A DNA stretch of 64,000 nucleotides, from contig JAQWNJ010000019.1 in NCBI GenBank assembly GCA_029268695.1, positions 7,199-71,198 on the forward strand, in the 5' to 3' direction. The notes beneath the pieces were generated by a model. The model made no database searches and was not told the origin of the DNA. It was given only the letters and a program-made list of their open reading frames with translations. Both the position numbers and the translations under genes were made by a program. Position 1 is the first letter of the stretch; each line of letters opens with the position of its first letter. The stretch is from Bacteroidia bacterium (GTDB lineage: Bacteria > Bacteroidota > Bacteroidia > NS11-12g > UBA9320). This document shows positions 1 through 10,651 of this stretch, piece by piece.

Positions 1-1
1 C

Positions 2-526
2 CCCTGCAGCATGATGTTAGTTGCTAGTATGAATCCATGTCCTTGTGGGTACTTTAACCATCCCGAAAAAGATTGCGTTTGTGCTCCTGGTATAGTTCAG
101 AAATATTTAAGTAAAATCAGCGGACCTTTACTAGATAGGATTGACATCCACATCGAAGTAACACCAGTTAACTTTGATGAACTTAATCAGAACACAAATC
201 AAACCGTGGAACAAAGTGCTCAAATCAGAGAGCGAGTAGTTAAGTCAAGAGAAATCCAAAACAGTCGCTATGAAAAACTACCTATATACAGTAATTCTCA
301 AATGGAAAGCAACTTGATCCGTAAATATTGTGAAATTGATAATCAAGGTTCTCTACTCTTAAAAAATGCAATGACTAAACTTAACCTCAGTGCAAGAGCT
401 TATGATCGTATTTTAAAAGTAAGTCGAACCATCGCAGATTTAGATGGAAGTGAGCATATTGGTGTCGTTCATCTCGCAGAAGCTATCCATTATAGAAGCC
501 TAGACAGAGATCATTGGGGCGGGTAA
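2..526 (+). CDS. comM: YifB/ComM family Mg-chelatase-like AAA+ ATPase, C-terminal part (5'-truncated by the window edge)
   Basis: Motifs MLVASMNPCPCGY, KISGPLLDRID and LSARAYDRILKVSRTIADL; the frame is open back to position 2. Confidence 0.92.
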   Translation, partial: PCSMMLVASMNPCPCGYFNHPEKDCVCAPGIVQKYLSKISGPLLDRIDIHIEVTPVNFDELNQNTNQTVEQSAQIRERVVKSREIQNSRYEKLPIYSNSQMESNLIRKYCEIDNQGSLLLKNAMTKLNLSARAYDRILKVSRTIADLDGSEHIGVVHLAEAIHYRSLDRDHWGG

Positions 527-576
527 TCCGAATAAGCCTAACAAGGAAGTAAAAAATACGTACTAAATTTGCACCT

Positions 577-969
577 ATGCAATTGGTAACAACACACGTG
601 TGCATGGTCAAGGATATTGGTGTCCATGGTAATCTTTTTGGAGGAATCATGATGGCCTGGATTGATGAAGCTGCAAGTGCCATGGCTGTAAGTACCTGTC
701 ACACTCCCAATATGGTCACTGTAAAAGTGGACGAATTAGTTTTCAAAAAGAAGGTCAAAGAAGGTTACTTAATACGTATTTATGGGGAGGTAGCTAAAAT
801 GGGGAATACCTCCATTACATTTAAAATTGAAGCCAGAAAAGTAAGCGTGTACACTGGAGAAGAAGATGTGGTTGTTACGACAAACATCACCTTTGTTCGA
901 ATAGATGAAGAAGGGAAACCAACCCCTATACCTACCATCGTAAAAGAACGATATCAAAACCCTAGCTAA
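577..969 (+). CDS. Acyl-CoA thioesterase (hotdog fold, YciA-like)
   Basis: HGNLFGGIMMAWIDEAA motif; TFVRIDEEGKP C-terminus. Confidence 0.88.
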   Translation: MQLVTTHVCMVKDIGVHGNLFGGIMMAWIDEAASAMAVSTCHTPNMVTVKVDELVFKKKVKEGYLIRIYGEVAKMGNTSITFKIEARKVSVYTGEEDVVVTTNITFVRIDEEGKPTPIPTIVKERYQNPS

Positions 970-1026
970 ATACTTCGTTTACCTTTCTTCTCGTTATAGG
1001 ATTAAGTGACTAAAATTTAATTTCCT

Positions 1027-1719
1027 ATGACACACCAAAATAATCGTAAAAATCTTGATCGAGTTATCTTATTCGAAATTGGAATAATCATTGCCTTGCT
1101 CTTCGTAAATTATGCGTTGAACCTATCCTATGAGATTAACTTACCGCTAGTACACACAGAGGAAAACATACTAGAAGATCAAGCTTTCCAACTCGTTGAA
1201 CTAACCGAAAAAAAAGAGAATTTTCAAGAAGAAAGAATTAAGACTAAGGAAATTGCCAAACTGTTTGACCTAAGATCAATGATTAAACAAGTTGACGATT
1301 TATTTGATTTAAAAATCAATAAAATCGTTCCTCAAAATATACCCGCATTATCTGATATCCAACCCATTTTAGTTCAACCCATTATTGACTCCTCTACAAT
1401 CATTAGAGATTGGGCTGATCAAATGCCTGAATTCCCTGGAGGAAATGATGCCTTAAATAATTACATTAATAATCATTTTGAAATCCCAGATATCATATTC
1501 GAAATGGCAAACAGCGTTAAAGTGGTAACTCAATTTGTTGTTAATGAAAACGGGGATATCAATAACATTAAAATACTGCATTGTTCCAAACCTGGTTTTG
1601 GGGTAGAAGAAGCGGTCAAGAGTGTTTATAAAAGTATGCCAAAATGGGCTCCAGGAATGAACAAGGGAAGACCCTCCAAGATTAGAATGAAACAACCTCT
1701 AAAAATTAAAATACGTTAA
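1027..1719 (+). CDS. Energy transducer TonB family protein
   Basis: N-terminal TM helix; TonB_C-like MPEFPGG...QFVVNENG...MPKWAPG. Confidence 0.82.
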   Translation: MTHQNNRKNLDRVILFEIGIIIALLFVNYALNLSYEINLPLVHTEENILEDQAFQLVELTEKKENFQEERIKTKEIAKLFDLRSMIKQVDDLFDLKINKIVPQNIPALSDIQPILVQPIIDSSTIIRDWADQMPEFPGGNDALNNYINNHFEIPDIIFEMANSVKVVTQFVVNENGDINNIKILHCSKPGFGVEEAVKSVYKSMPKWAPGMNKGRPSKIRMKQPLKIKIR

Positions 1720-1733
1720 AAAAACTAATCCTT

Positions 1734-3590
1734 TTAACTAAAAACACTAAAGACTACCCAGCTACCGAAATAAGCTAGCACAGTCATGTAAACAAATTGA
1801 ATGGAAGGCCATTTCCATGACCTTGTTTCTTTATAAACTACAGCCAACGTACTCATGCATTGCATAGCAAAGGCATAAAATACCATTAAAGACAGAATCA
1901 CCGCTAATGAATATACCGGCTCACCATTTTTATGCCGATCTTTTTTCATCTTCTCTCGAAGCTGATCAAAGTCCTCCTCATCTCCAACACTGTAAATTGT
2001 ACTCATCGTTCCTACAAATACCTCTCTTGCTGCAAAAGACGTAATTAGTGCTATTCCTATTTTCCAATCAAAACCAATAGGAGCAATGCTTGGCTCGATG
2101 GCTTTCCCAAAATGACCAGCATAACTCTGCTCGAGCGAATGTGATTCTTGGATACTCAAGGATTGATCTGTTTTTGGACCATAGCTAGCCAGGAACCATA
2201 AAACAACCGAAATTATCAAAATAATCTTACCCGCTTCAGTCACAAAACTTCTTGATTTTTGCCAGCAATTTACCCATATATTACCCCACCTTGGTGAATG
2301 ATAAACAGGTAATTCCATGATAAAATAAGAGGGAATATTATACTTAATAAACCATTTAAAAACAATTGCGGCAACGAGGGCTGCAGCAGTTCCTAATACA
2401 TACATGGATAACATAACAAGGGCCTGAAGACTAATAAGTCCAAAGACTGGAGTATTTGGAATTGCCATAGAAATTAGAAGTGTATATACGGGCAATCGGG
2501 CAGAACAACTCATTAAAGGTGTTACCATTATAGTTATTAGTCGATCTTTCCAATTCTCAATATTACGAGTACTCATAATCGCTGGTATTGCACAAGCAGC
2601 TCCACTCAATAATGGCACAACCGATTTCCCACTTAAGCCAAGACCCCGCAACATTTTATCCATTATAAAACTAACTCTGGCCATGTAGCCTGTGTCCTCT
2701 AACAAACTCATGAAGAAGAAGAGAATAGCAATTTGAGGAACAAACACAACCACACCTGCAATTCCCGCTACTAATCCATGAATTATTAATTTTTTCAGCC
2801 AGCCATCAGGAAGGACTTCAGTAAGATATTCTCCTAACATTCCAAAGCCATTTTCAATCCAATCCATTGGATAAGAAGCTAGCGTAAAGACACTCTGAAA
2901 AATAAAGAGTAAAACCAGCAGAAAAATTAAATATCCCAGAACGGGATGAGTAGCAAAAGCATCAATTTTACCCGTAATTAATTCTCTTTTGGTCTTAATT
3001 TTAGTTGTTTTATTTAATAATTTAGCAATTGAATCATAGTGCGATTCATGTGTGTGATCATTCTCTGAACCAAATGGATAATGTGGTATAAACTGATCTT
3101 GAAAAAGAGCCTTTTTTAAAGAATTTACTCCTTCCCCAGTTCTTGCATTTATTTTAAATACCCTAATCCCTAGTTCTTTTTCTAGACGTTCAACATCAAT
3201 TTCAAAACCCTTAAAATCAGCTATGTCAATCATGTTTAACGCCAATATCATTGGCGTTCTATGCTGAGCTAATTGACTGAAATAAAATAGATTACGCTTT
3301 AAGTTAGATGCATCTGCAATGTATAGAATTGTATCTGGTGGTGGATCTTCAAAAAATACCCTAATTGCTTCCTTTTCGTCCAAACTTTTTGGATTAAAAG
3401 AGTACGTTCCAGGAGTATCAACCAATTCAATTTTCCGCTTACCTTGCGTGACTGTCCCTACCTTATTTTCAATGGTTGTACCTGGTACGTTAGTAATCTT
3501 TTGTTTTAATTTAGTTAAGCTATTAAACAAAGAAGACTTCCCACAATTTGGGTTTCCTACAAGAACAATTTTAGGTAACTTGGTATCCAT
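1734..3590 (-). CDS. feoB: Ferrous iron transporter FeoB
   Basis: G1 GNPNCGKS, G3 DTPGTYS, G4 NMID; gate motifs SCSARLP and FAAREVFV; multiple TM helices. Confidence 0.95.
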   Translation of the reverse strand: MDTKLPKIVLVGNPNCGKSSLFNSLTKLKQKITNVPGTTIENKVGTVTQGKRKIELVDTPGTYSFNPKSLDEKEAIRVFFEDPPPDTILYIADASNLKRNLFYFSQLAQHRTPMILALNMIDIADFKGFEIDVERLEKELGIRVFKINARTGEGVNSLKKALFQDQFIPHYPFGSENDHTHESHYDSIAKLLNKTTKIKTKRELITGKIDAFATHPVLGYLIFLLVLLFIFQSVFTLASYPMDWIENGFGMLGEYLTEVLPDGWLKKLIIHGLVAGIAGVVVFVPQIAILFFFMSLLEDTGYMARVSFIMDKMLRGLGLSGKSVVPLLSGAACAIPAIMSTRNIENWKDRLITIMVTPLMSCSARLPVYTLLISMAIPNTPVFGLISLQALVMLSMYVLGTAAALVAAIVFKWFIKYNIPSYFIMELPVYHSPRWGNIWVNCWQKSRSFVTEAGKIILIISVVLWFLASYGPKTDQSLSIQESHSLEQSYAGHFGKAIEPSIAPIGFDWKIGIALITSFAAREVFVGTMSTIYSVGDEEDFDQLREKMKKDRHKNGEPVYSLAVILSLMVFYAFAMQCMSTLAVVYKETRSWKWPSIQFVYMTVLAYFGSWVVFSVFS

Positions 3591-3591
3591 T

Positions 3592-3831
3592 CTAACTATT
3601 AAAAAGAGGGTTTAATAGGTTTACCTTAATACTGTAGGCTTCTTTTTTTCGCATACTCAATGTATATTCCTCTAGTTCAAATGCAATAGGATCCCCGAAA
3701 GGTGCCCTCATAATTGGTTTAACAAGAACACCTGGAACACACCCCATTTCTTGTAATTTTTCTTTGTATGGTGAATCTTCAATCGAAGAAATTCTTGCTA
3801 TGCTCCCAATTGGTAATTCAGTCAGTTTCAA
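3592..3831 (-). CDS. feoA: Ferrous iron transport protein FeoA
   Basis: KLQEMGCVPG...RAPFGDPI; immediately upstream of feoB; TTG start. Confidence 0.92.
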   Translation of the reverse strand: MKLTELPIGSIARISSIEDSPYKEKLQEMGCVPGVLVKPIMRAPFGDPIAFELEEYTLSMRKKEAYSIKVNLLNPLFNS

Positions 3832-3854
3832 AACGCGACTGCAAAGATGTGTTT

Positions 3855-3877
3855 TTATTTGGATTAATTAAACATAA
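3855..3877. promoter_or_regulatory. Possible iron-responsive operator upstream of feoA
   Basis: AT-rich imperfect palindrome TTATTTGGATTAATTAAACATAA, just upstream of a CATCTTTG -7-like element on the minus strand. Confidence 0.3.
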
Positions 3878-3885
3878 GGCCACTT

Positions 3886-5862
3886 CTACCAATTTATTAA
3901 TTGTGTGACCTTATCCTTCAGTCTACTCTTGGCCATAAAATTATGCTCTAAATTTTCATTAAACGGAATAGGTGTATCTAAACTACATACCCTCATTACA
4001 GGTGCGTCTAAATATGTAAAACAATGTTCTCCTATCCAAGCCGCAATCTCACCACCTATACCTCCTTGTTCTGTATCCTCATGGACAATAATAACTTTCC
4101 CTGTTGCTTTTACCCCTTTTTTAATGCAATCTTTATCCAATGGCACTAATGTGCGTAGATCAATTAAAGTAGCATTAATCTCCAAATCATTGATAACTTC
4201 TTGACACCAATGAACACCCAAACCATAGCTAATAAATGTAATGTCTTCGCCTTTTAAAAGAGTTTTTGCTTTACCAATATCAATAGTATATTCTTGGGTG
4301 TGAACATCCTCACGAATGCTTCTGTAAAGTCCCTTATGTTCAAAAAAAAGAACTGGGTTTGGGTCTTCAAACGAGGCCAATAGTAAACCCTTGGCATCAG
4401 ATGGAGAACTAGGGTATACTATCTTTAAACCTGGTATATGAAAAAACCAAGCTTCATTACTCTGACTGTGAAATGGCCCTGCTGCTGCACCACCACCAGT
4501 TGGCATTCTAATCACAATATCGCTATGCTGTCCCCAACGATAGTGTGTTTTTGCTAAATTATTAGCTATTTGGTTAAAACCACAACTTACAAAATCAGCA
4601 AACTGCATTTCAACCATTGCTTTCTTACCGCCAATTGTCAAACCTAATGCAGCTCCTAATGGTGCAGCTTCACTAATTGGTGTATTTCTTACCCTGCTTT
4701 CCCCAAACTCCTCTACAAAACCCTCAGTAATTTTAAACACTCCACCGTATGATCCAATATCTTGACCCATTAGTATCAAATTATCATGCTTTTTCATCGC
4801 TATTTTTAAGGCATCTTGAATAGCATCTATGAATCTTAATTCCTTGGTCTCACCTTTAGGGTTTCTTGAGATTGGATGGTGATCTCTAAAAACGTCATTT
4901 ATTTCATTATGGCTATTAATTTCCGTTGAATCAGTTGATGAGAAAACTAAAACAGCATCTGAAATTTCATCCGAAATTTGATTTCGTACTTTTTGCAATA
5001 GATTATCATCTACAATATTTTCCCTTAGTAAATAATTCTCATAATTAAGAATTGGATCCCTTTCTCCCCACTTTTCCATAAGTTCTTTTGGAACATATTT
5101 ATTTCCGCTTGCCTCTTCATGTCCTCGCATTCTAAAAGTCTTGCATTCTAGTAAAAATGGACGTGGGTTTTTTTTCAAATCTGATGCTATTGCTGATACT
5201 TCATGAAAAACTTCTAATACGTTATTACCATCTATAATCCTACCTTCAATGCCATAACCAATTGCCTTATCTGAAATATGCTCACACCTAAATTGATCAC
5301 GGCTAGGAGTACTTAATCCATAACCGTTGTTTTCGATTAAAAAAATCACAGGTAAATCCCAAACAGCTGCCAAATTAATGGCCTCATGAAACTCACCTTC
5401 ACTAGTACCTCCATCTCCACTAAAGGCTAAACTTACTTTTTGTTTACCATCTAATTTATGTGCAAGAGATACCCCATCTGCAACACTTAACATCGATCCC
5501 AAATGAGAAATCATTCCAACAATATGATGATCAATTGATCCAAAATGAAAAGATCGATCACGCCCTTTTGTAAATCCATTACTTGAGCCTTTCCATTGTT
5601 CAAATAATTTTGTTAATGGAATGTTTCGTGTAGTAAATACTCCCAAGTTTCGATGAAGTGGGAATATATATTCGTCGCGTTCAAGAGCTAGTGTGGCTCC
5701 CACTGCTATAGCTTCTTGACCGATTCCACTAAACCATTTGGAAATTTGACCTTGCCTGAGGAGCTTAAGCATCTTTTCCTCGACCATCCTTGGTTTGACA
5801 AGTGCCGTATAAATCGCATGATGCTTATCTTGGCTTAAACTCGTGAACTTATCAAAATCCAT
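3886..5862 (-). CDS. 2-oxoacid (branched-chain-type) dehydrogenase E1, fused alpha/beta subunit
   Basis: TPP motif GDGGTSEGEFHE...NN; alpha RMRGHEE; beta NTPISE, EMQFADF and GPFHSQS in one 658-aa ORF. Confidence 0.92.
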   Translation of the reverse strand: MDFDKFTSLSQDKHHAIYTALVKPRMVEEKMLKLLRQGQISKWFSGIGQEAIAVGATLALERDEYIFPLHRNLGVFTTRNIPLTKLFEQWKGSSNGFTKGRDRSFHFGSIDHHIVGMISHLGSMLSVADGVSLAHKLDGKQKVSLAFSGDGGTSEGEFHEAINLAAVWDLPVIFLIENNGYGLSTPSRDQFRCEHISDKAIGYGIEGRIIDGNNVLEVFHEVSAIASDLKKNPRPFLLECKTFRMRGHEEASGNKYVPKELMEKWGERDPILNYENYLLRENIVDDNLLQKVRNQISDEISDAVLVFSSTDSTEINSHNEINDVFRDHHPISRNPKGETKELRFIDAIQDALKIAMKKHDNLILMGQDIGSYGGVFKITEGFVEEFGESRVRNTPISEAAPLGAALGLTIGGKKAMVEMQFADFVSCGFNQIANNLAKTHYRWGQHSDIVIRMPTGGGAAAGPFHSQSNEAWFFHIPGLKIVYPSSPSDAKGLLLASFEDPNPVLFFEHKGLYRSIREDVHTQEYTIDIGKAKTLLKGEDITFISYGLGVHWCQEVINDLEINATLIDLRTLVPLDKDCIKKGVKATGKVIIVHEDTEQGGIGGEIAAWIGEHCFTYLDAPVMRVCSLDTPIPFNENLEHNFMAKSRLKDKVTQLINW

Positions 5863-5923
5863 TCCTACGAAATAAATATAATAATTCTAAGTGTTCGTCT
5901 CTTATCGTGTCTATTTTTGTACG

Positions 5924-6523
5924 GTGCTACTTTTATTGGATAATTACGACTCCTTTACATACAATCTGTATGACTATTTTTTAAGATGTGGTGCTGAAGT
6001 AGAAGTAATACGAAATGATCAGATTGAACTAGACAACTTGAATCAAAAATACAAAGGAATTATATTATCTCCAGGACCAGGAAAGCCGAAAGATGCAGGT
6101 AAAATGATGTCTTTGATTAAACAATATCACAATAAACTCCCCATTCTTGGTGTCTGTTTGGGAATGCAAGCTATCGGAGAATTTTTTGGTGCTAGCCTCA
6201 TTCAATCAAACTATCCAATGCATGGGAAGATGAGCACCTTAAAATACAATGTGAATCATCCGCTGTTTTTTGAAGTAACCCCCCCTTTAAAAGTCTGCCG
6301 ATATCATTCACTAATATTGGATAATATTCAAAATACGTCACTAAATTTAATTGCAACCTCAAATAAAGATGAACCAATGGCTATTGCCCACCATACTTTG
6401 CCCATTTGGGGAGTACAATTTCACCCTGAGGCTATTCTGACACCTCAGGGACTTCAATTAATCAATAATTGGTTATCTTGCATCAACTCTAACAACAAAA
6501 AAATAATGAATACGTTAAATTAA
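5924..6523 (+). CDS. Anthranilate/aminodeoxychorismate synthase component II (class I glutamine amidotransferase, TrpG/PabA)
   Basis: LDNYDSFTYNL, SPGPG, GVCLG, RYHSL, QFHPE; start moved to GTG 5924, 4 nt after TATTTTTG. Confidence 0.92.
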   Translation: MLLLLDNYDSFTYNLYDYFLRCGAEVEVIRNDQIELDNLNQKYKGIILSPGPGKPKDAGKMMSLIKQYHNKLPILGVCLGMQAIGEFFGASLIQSNYPMHGKMSTLKYNVNHPLFFEVTPPLKVCRYHSLILDNIQNTSLNLIATSNKDEPMAIAHHTLPIWGVQFHPEAILTPQGLQLINNWLSCINSNNKKIMNTLN

Positions 6524-6529
6524 TTAAAA

Positions 6530-7180
6530 ATGATTGCTGCAAGAAGCACTTATATCATCCCTGAAATAAATGAAAAAACATCACCTGCTGTGTGTGTTGA
6601 AGTAATGATAGATGCTCAATGTTTTGAGCTCCCAGTCCAAAAAAGCAATCAACTCATTGGCTCTGTTACCCTGGAGGACTGCATATCTTCAAAAGAAAAA
6701 ACTATCGAAAACTTAATTTCTCCCGGATTTTTAAGTGTTCATTACCAAATGCACCTTTTTGATGTACTACAAATTTTTAAGTCATCTGCTAAGAATGTCT
6801 GTGCAGTTTTAGGAGAAAATCAAGAATGGGTAGGTATTCTCACAAAAAATCAGATGATTAATTCACTTTCTCAAACACTATCTATTGAGCAAAACGGATC
6901 AATTCTAATTCTTGAAATGTCATCAGCACATTATTCTACTAATGAGCTATCTCGAATAATTGAAGGGGAGGGAAGTAAAGTCCTTGTTATGTGGCTTCAT
7001 AAGGATGAAGATTCTGCTCGAATTAAAGTAACTGTGAAAATAAATACCTCAAATGTCGAGAGAATTATCAATGGATTTGATCGATTTGGCTATGATGTTA
7101 TTGCCACATTTGGAGACGAAGACTATAAAGAAAACATAGATCGTAAATTTCAATCTTTAATGAAATACATTGATTTCTAG
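6530..7180 (+). CDS. CBS-domain protein (AcuB-like, Bacteroidota)
   Basis: Two degenerate CBS repeats plus an ACT-like C-terminus (IIEGEGSKVL...RFGYDV...LMKYIDF); commonly next to NAD kinase in this phylum. Confidence 0.72.
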   Translation: MIAARSTYIIPEINEKTSPAVCVEVMIDAQCFELPVQKSNQLIGSVTLEDCISSKEKTIENLISPGFLSVHYQMHLFDVLQIFKSSAKNVCAVLGENQEWVGILTKNQMINSLSQTLSIEQNGSILILEMSSAHYSTNELSRIIEGEGSKVLVMWLHKDEDSARIKVTVKINTSNVERIINGFDRFGYDVIATFGDEDYKENIDRKFQSLMKYIDF

Positions 7181-8558
7181 AATTTCGATTTATGTTTTAT
7201 TGTCATTGATTACCCGAATGACCCAGGCCTATGAATCCCTTCCCATTCGTTCAATTGAAATCAAAGGGAACAATCAAACTAACAGTTTTGTCATCAAAAG
7301 AGAACTCCTCTTTGAAGAAGGTTCTTCATATGTTTATAACGAGGTCTTTGTAGAACTCGTCAATCAATCTCAGTCAAGAATTTTAAACTTGAACCTATTT
7401 AATAAAGTGGAAATAAACACGTTCATTGATAGTGTTAACCACTATGAAGTCTGCATTAAAATAGTTATACATGTCGTTGAAAAATGGTACCACTGGCCTT
7501 TGCCATTTGTCGAATTTAGCGACCGAAACTTTAATGTCTGGGGAAATTTAGACTTTGACCCCAAGCGAACAAACTATGGTTTGTATGTTTTCAACTACAA
7601 CCTATGGGGAAGAAACCACACCCTAAAAACTAAATTTAAAACGGGTTACAATACCAAATTTGGTTTAGAATATCGGATACCATTTCTATCACAAGAAAGT
7701 AACTGGGGTATCAAAGCATTAATGGATTACTCCTCACAAAATGAATTGTGGTATGAAACAATAAACGATAGTTTACAATTTTATAAAAATGATAAAAATG
7801 ATCTTATCAAAAATACACAAGCTGCAATAGAAGTCAGTAAACGGCTAACTCCTTTCACCCATTTTTACCTCTCAACAAAATACCAATACGATCAAATTGA
7901 CTCTTCTGTTCCAACCAATGACTATCTCATAAATAATGCAAAGGATCAAAATACATTTACAATCCAATGTCGCATTGAAATTGACAAAAGAAACAACCCC
8001 TTTTTCCCAACAGAAGGAAGCTTTATGAGTGTCGATATGACTGAATTATTATGGGCTAATCAAAGTCGAGCGTATAATTTCAGAATGGGATTAAAAATGC
8101 AAAAATTTACTAAAATTTTCCCCAATGTTTATACTGCTTTGTCATGCTATACCCAATTGAATTCAAATAAAGAACCACCCTATTCGCAGCGGAAAATACT
8201 GGGTTATCAAGAAAGTATTCGGGGATTTGAACATTATGTCATAGATGGTACAAGTGGACTAAAAGGGAATGCCGCAATCCGAATTCATGCTTTGAACTCT
8301 AATCTATCTCTACCCTTTATCCCATTCAAAAATTACCAAGAACTCCCTGTAAATATGTATTGGGAAATATACTCTGATGCAGGTTATGTAAATTATAATT
8401 ATTCCAACGAAACCAATCAATTGGTCAATGCTTTCCTGTACTCAGCTGGGCTGGGTTTAAATACCCTATTTTATAACGATCAAATTCTTAGATTAGAATA
8501 TAGTTTGAACAGTTTAAAAGAACATGGTTTCTTTGTACACTTTAAAAAGGCCATTTAA
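7170..8558 (+). CDS. POTRA + Omp85/BamA-TamA-like outer-membrane protein
   Basis: POTRA IEIKGNNQT...IKREL, NLWGRNH, IRGFEHYVIDG; start uncertain. Confidence 0.78.
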   Translation: MISRISIYVLLSLITRMTQAYESLPIRSIEIKGNNQTNSFVIKRELLFEEGSSYVYNEVFVELVNQSQSRILNLNLFNKVEINTFIDSVNHYEVCIKIVIHVVEKWYHWPLPFVEFSDRNFNVWGNLDFDPKRTNYGLYVFNYNLWGRNHTLKTKFKTGYNTKFGLEYRIPFLSQESNWGIKALMDYSSQNELWYETINDSLQFYKNDKNDLIKNTQAAIEVSKRLTPFTHFYLSTKYQYDQIDSSVPTNDYLINNAKDQNTFTIQCRIEIDKRNNPFFPTEGSFMSVDMTELLWANQSRAYNFRMGLKMQKFTKIFPNVYTALSCYTQLNSNKEPPYSQRKILGYQESIRGFEHYVIDGTSGLKGNAAIRIHALNSNLSLPFIPFKNYQELPVNMYWEIYSDAGYVNYNYSNETNQLVNAFLYSAGLGLNTLFYNDQILRLEYSLNSLKEHGFFVHFKKAI

Positions 8559-9440
8559 ATGAAAGTAGCACTCTACGGAAGACCCATTAAATATCCTAAC
8601 TTTCCATTGTTTTTTGAACGTTTTGTTTCAGCACTCAATGCTAACGATATAATTTTTGAAACCACTTATTCGTATGGAAAGTTCTTAAAGAAAGAATATG
8701 ATATCAACCACCCCACGTGCAGTAATGAATCTCTATTAAATAAGCATTTTGATTGTTTAATAAGTCTTGGCGGTGATGGAACTGCTCTTGACACTTTATC
8801 TCTTGTGAGAGACAGTGCACTTCCTGTGATGAGTATCAATTTGGGTAGACTCGGCTTTTTGGCTAATATAAAAATTGATGAAGTAGACAAAGCAATCCAT
8901 GCTTTAAAAAATGGGTTAACTAGTATCGAAAAAAGAACCGTAATTCAGGTGGATTCTAATGTGGACGAAATCAATGAATTTCCATATGCACTGAATGATT
9001 TTGTCATTCAGAAGCGTGACACATCAGCCATGATTACACTAAAAACTAGCCTCAATGAATCATTCTTAAACACCTATTGGGCAGATGGATTAATCGTAGC
9101 TACTCCAACTGGGTCCTCTGGATACAGCTTAAGTTGTGGTGGCCCCTTTATTTTTCCAGGATCTAATTCATTGGTTATCACTCCAATAGCTGCTCATAAT
9201 CTAACGGTAAGACCTGTTATAATTCCAGACCAATCCGTTTTGGAAATCGATACTAGTGGTCGAGGAAAAAATGTACTTATCACATTAGATTCTAGGTCAT
9301 TTGTTGTACCATCTAACACCAAACTAACTTTAAAACGTGCCTCTTTCGAATTCTCAATGATTCAACTACAGGGGGTCAGTTATATGGATACAATAAGGAA
9401 CAAATTACTCTGGGGTGCAGACCGAAGAGATGAAGTGTAA
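8559..9440 (+). CDS. nadK: NAD kinase
   Basis: SLGGDGT, NLGRLGFL, LND, DGLIVATPTGSSGYSLSCGGP. Confidence 0.95.
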   Translation: MKVALYGRPIKYPNFPLFFERFVSALNANDIIFETTYSYGKFLKKEYDINHPTCSNESLLNKHFDCLISLGGDGTALDTLSLVRDSALPVMSINLGRLGFLANIKIDEVDKAIHALKNGLTSIEKRTVIQVDSNVDEINEFPYALNDFVIQKRDTSAMITLKTSLNESFLNTYWADGLIVATPTGSSGYSLSCGGPFIFPGSNSLVITPIAAHNLTVRPVIIPDQSVLEIDTSGRGKNVLITLDSRSFVVPSNTKLTLKRASFEFSMIQLQGVSYMDTIRNKLLWGADRRDEV

Positions 9441-9454
9441 ATCTGCTAATCTTC

Positions 9455-10588
9455 TTAAAGTGTACCTCTCAATTCTTGTTCTCTTTCAATCGCTTCAAAT
9501 AAAGCTTTGAAGTTGCCTTTACCAAAAGAAGTAGCTCCTTTTCGTTGAATAATCTCAAAAAATAGCGTTGGTCTTGGTTCGATTGGTTTTGTAAAGATTT
9601 GAAGCAGATACCCTTCGTCATCTCGATCAACTAAAATTCCTAATTCTCTAAGTGGAGCAATATCTTCATCTATTTCTCCTACTCGGTCTAAAACTACATC
9701 ATAATAATTGTCGGGCACACGCAAAAATTCTACGCCTCTTGATACCAATTCTCGTACTGTTTTAATGATGTCATTAGTAGCAACAGCAATATGTTGTACC
9801 CCAGGGCCTTCATAAAAGTCAAGGTATTCCTCAATTTGTGACTTCTTCTTCCCATCAGCAGGTTCATTGATTGGAAATTTAATTCGCCCATTTCCGTTAC
9901 TCATTACCTTACTCATTAAAGCGGTGTAATCTGTTGAGATATCTTTGTCATCAAAAGAAACAATCTGAGCAAATCCAAGGACATCTTTATAAAAATTGAC
10001 CCATGTATTCATCTGACCCAACTCCACATTTCCAACCATATGATCTATATACATTAAGCCAGTGCTTGTTGGATTGTAAGAAGACTCCCATGCAGTGTAA
10101 CCGGGAAGAAAAACTCCGTTGTAATCTTGGCGTTCAACAAAAACATGGACAGTTTCCCCATAGGAGTAAATGCCTGATCGAATTACCTTGCCCCCAGCAT
10201 CCTCCTCTTGTGTTGGAGACATATAATGTTTCGCTCCACGTTTGATAGCCTCATTATAAGCTTCCGTAGCATCCGGAACCCATAAAGCAACAACCTTTAC
10301 CCCATCACCGTGTGACTCAATATGTCTTCCAATATCTGTTCCACTTTTTAAGGGAGAAGTAAGAACTAATCTTATCTTATCCTGTTGTAAAACATAGCTC
10401 TCTCTATCTTGTAAACCTGTTTCCAAACCTGCATAAGCAATACCCTGAAAACCAAACGCTGTTTTATAAAAATGAGCAGCTTGTTTGCTATTACTGACGT
10501 AAAGTTCTACATAATCAGTGCCAAGCAATGGCATAAAATCCTGTGCTTCATTATATAATTTAGGTAGTGTCTGTGTATTCGTATTCAT
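9455..10588 (-). CDS. hppD: 4-hydroxyphenylpyruvate dioxygenase
   Basis: IDHMVGNV, SQIEEYL, GVQHIA, LLQIFT, FFEIIQRKG..SFGKGNFKALFE; start placed at ATG 10588. Confidence 0.96.
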   Translation of the reverse strand: MNTNTQTLPKLYNEAQDFMPLLGTDYVELYVSNSKQAAHFYKTAFGFQGIAYAGLETGLQDRESYVLQQDKIRLVLTSPLKSGTDIGRHIESHGDGVKVVALWVPDATEAYNEAIKRGAKHYMSPTQEEDAGGKVIRSGIYSYGETVHVFVERQDYNGVFLPGYTAWESSYNPTSTGLMYIDHMVGNVELGQMNTWVNFYKDVLGFAQIVSFDDKDISTDYTALMSKVMSNGNGRIKFPINEPADGKKKSQIEEYLDFYEGPGVQHIAVATNDIIKTVRELVSRGVEFLRVPDNYYDVVLDRVGEIDEDIAPLRELGILVDRDDEGYLLQIFTKPIEPRPTLFFEIIQRKGATSFGKGNFKALFEAIEREQELRGTL

Positions 10589-10651
10589 ATTGTATTGTTT
10601 TAATACAAAATTAAGCTTGAGCCTCACAATAAAAAAACAGTTAGAAAAGAC

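Noticed and set aside
2-526. comM as an integration hotspot for a mobile element
   Set aside because: The visible 3' part is intact and followed by housekeeping genes; the 5' part lies outside the window.
3886-5862. Fused E1 alpha/beta dehydrogenase as a novel fusion
   Set aside because: This fusion is common in Bacteroidota.
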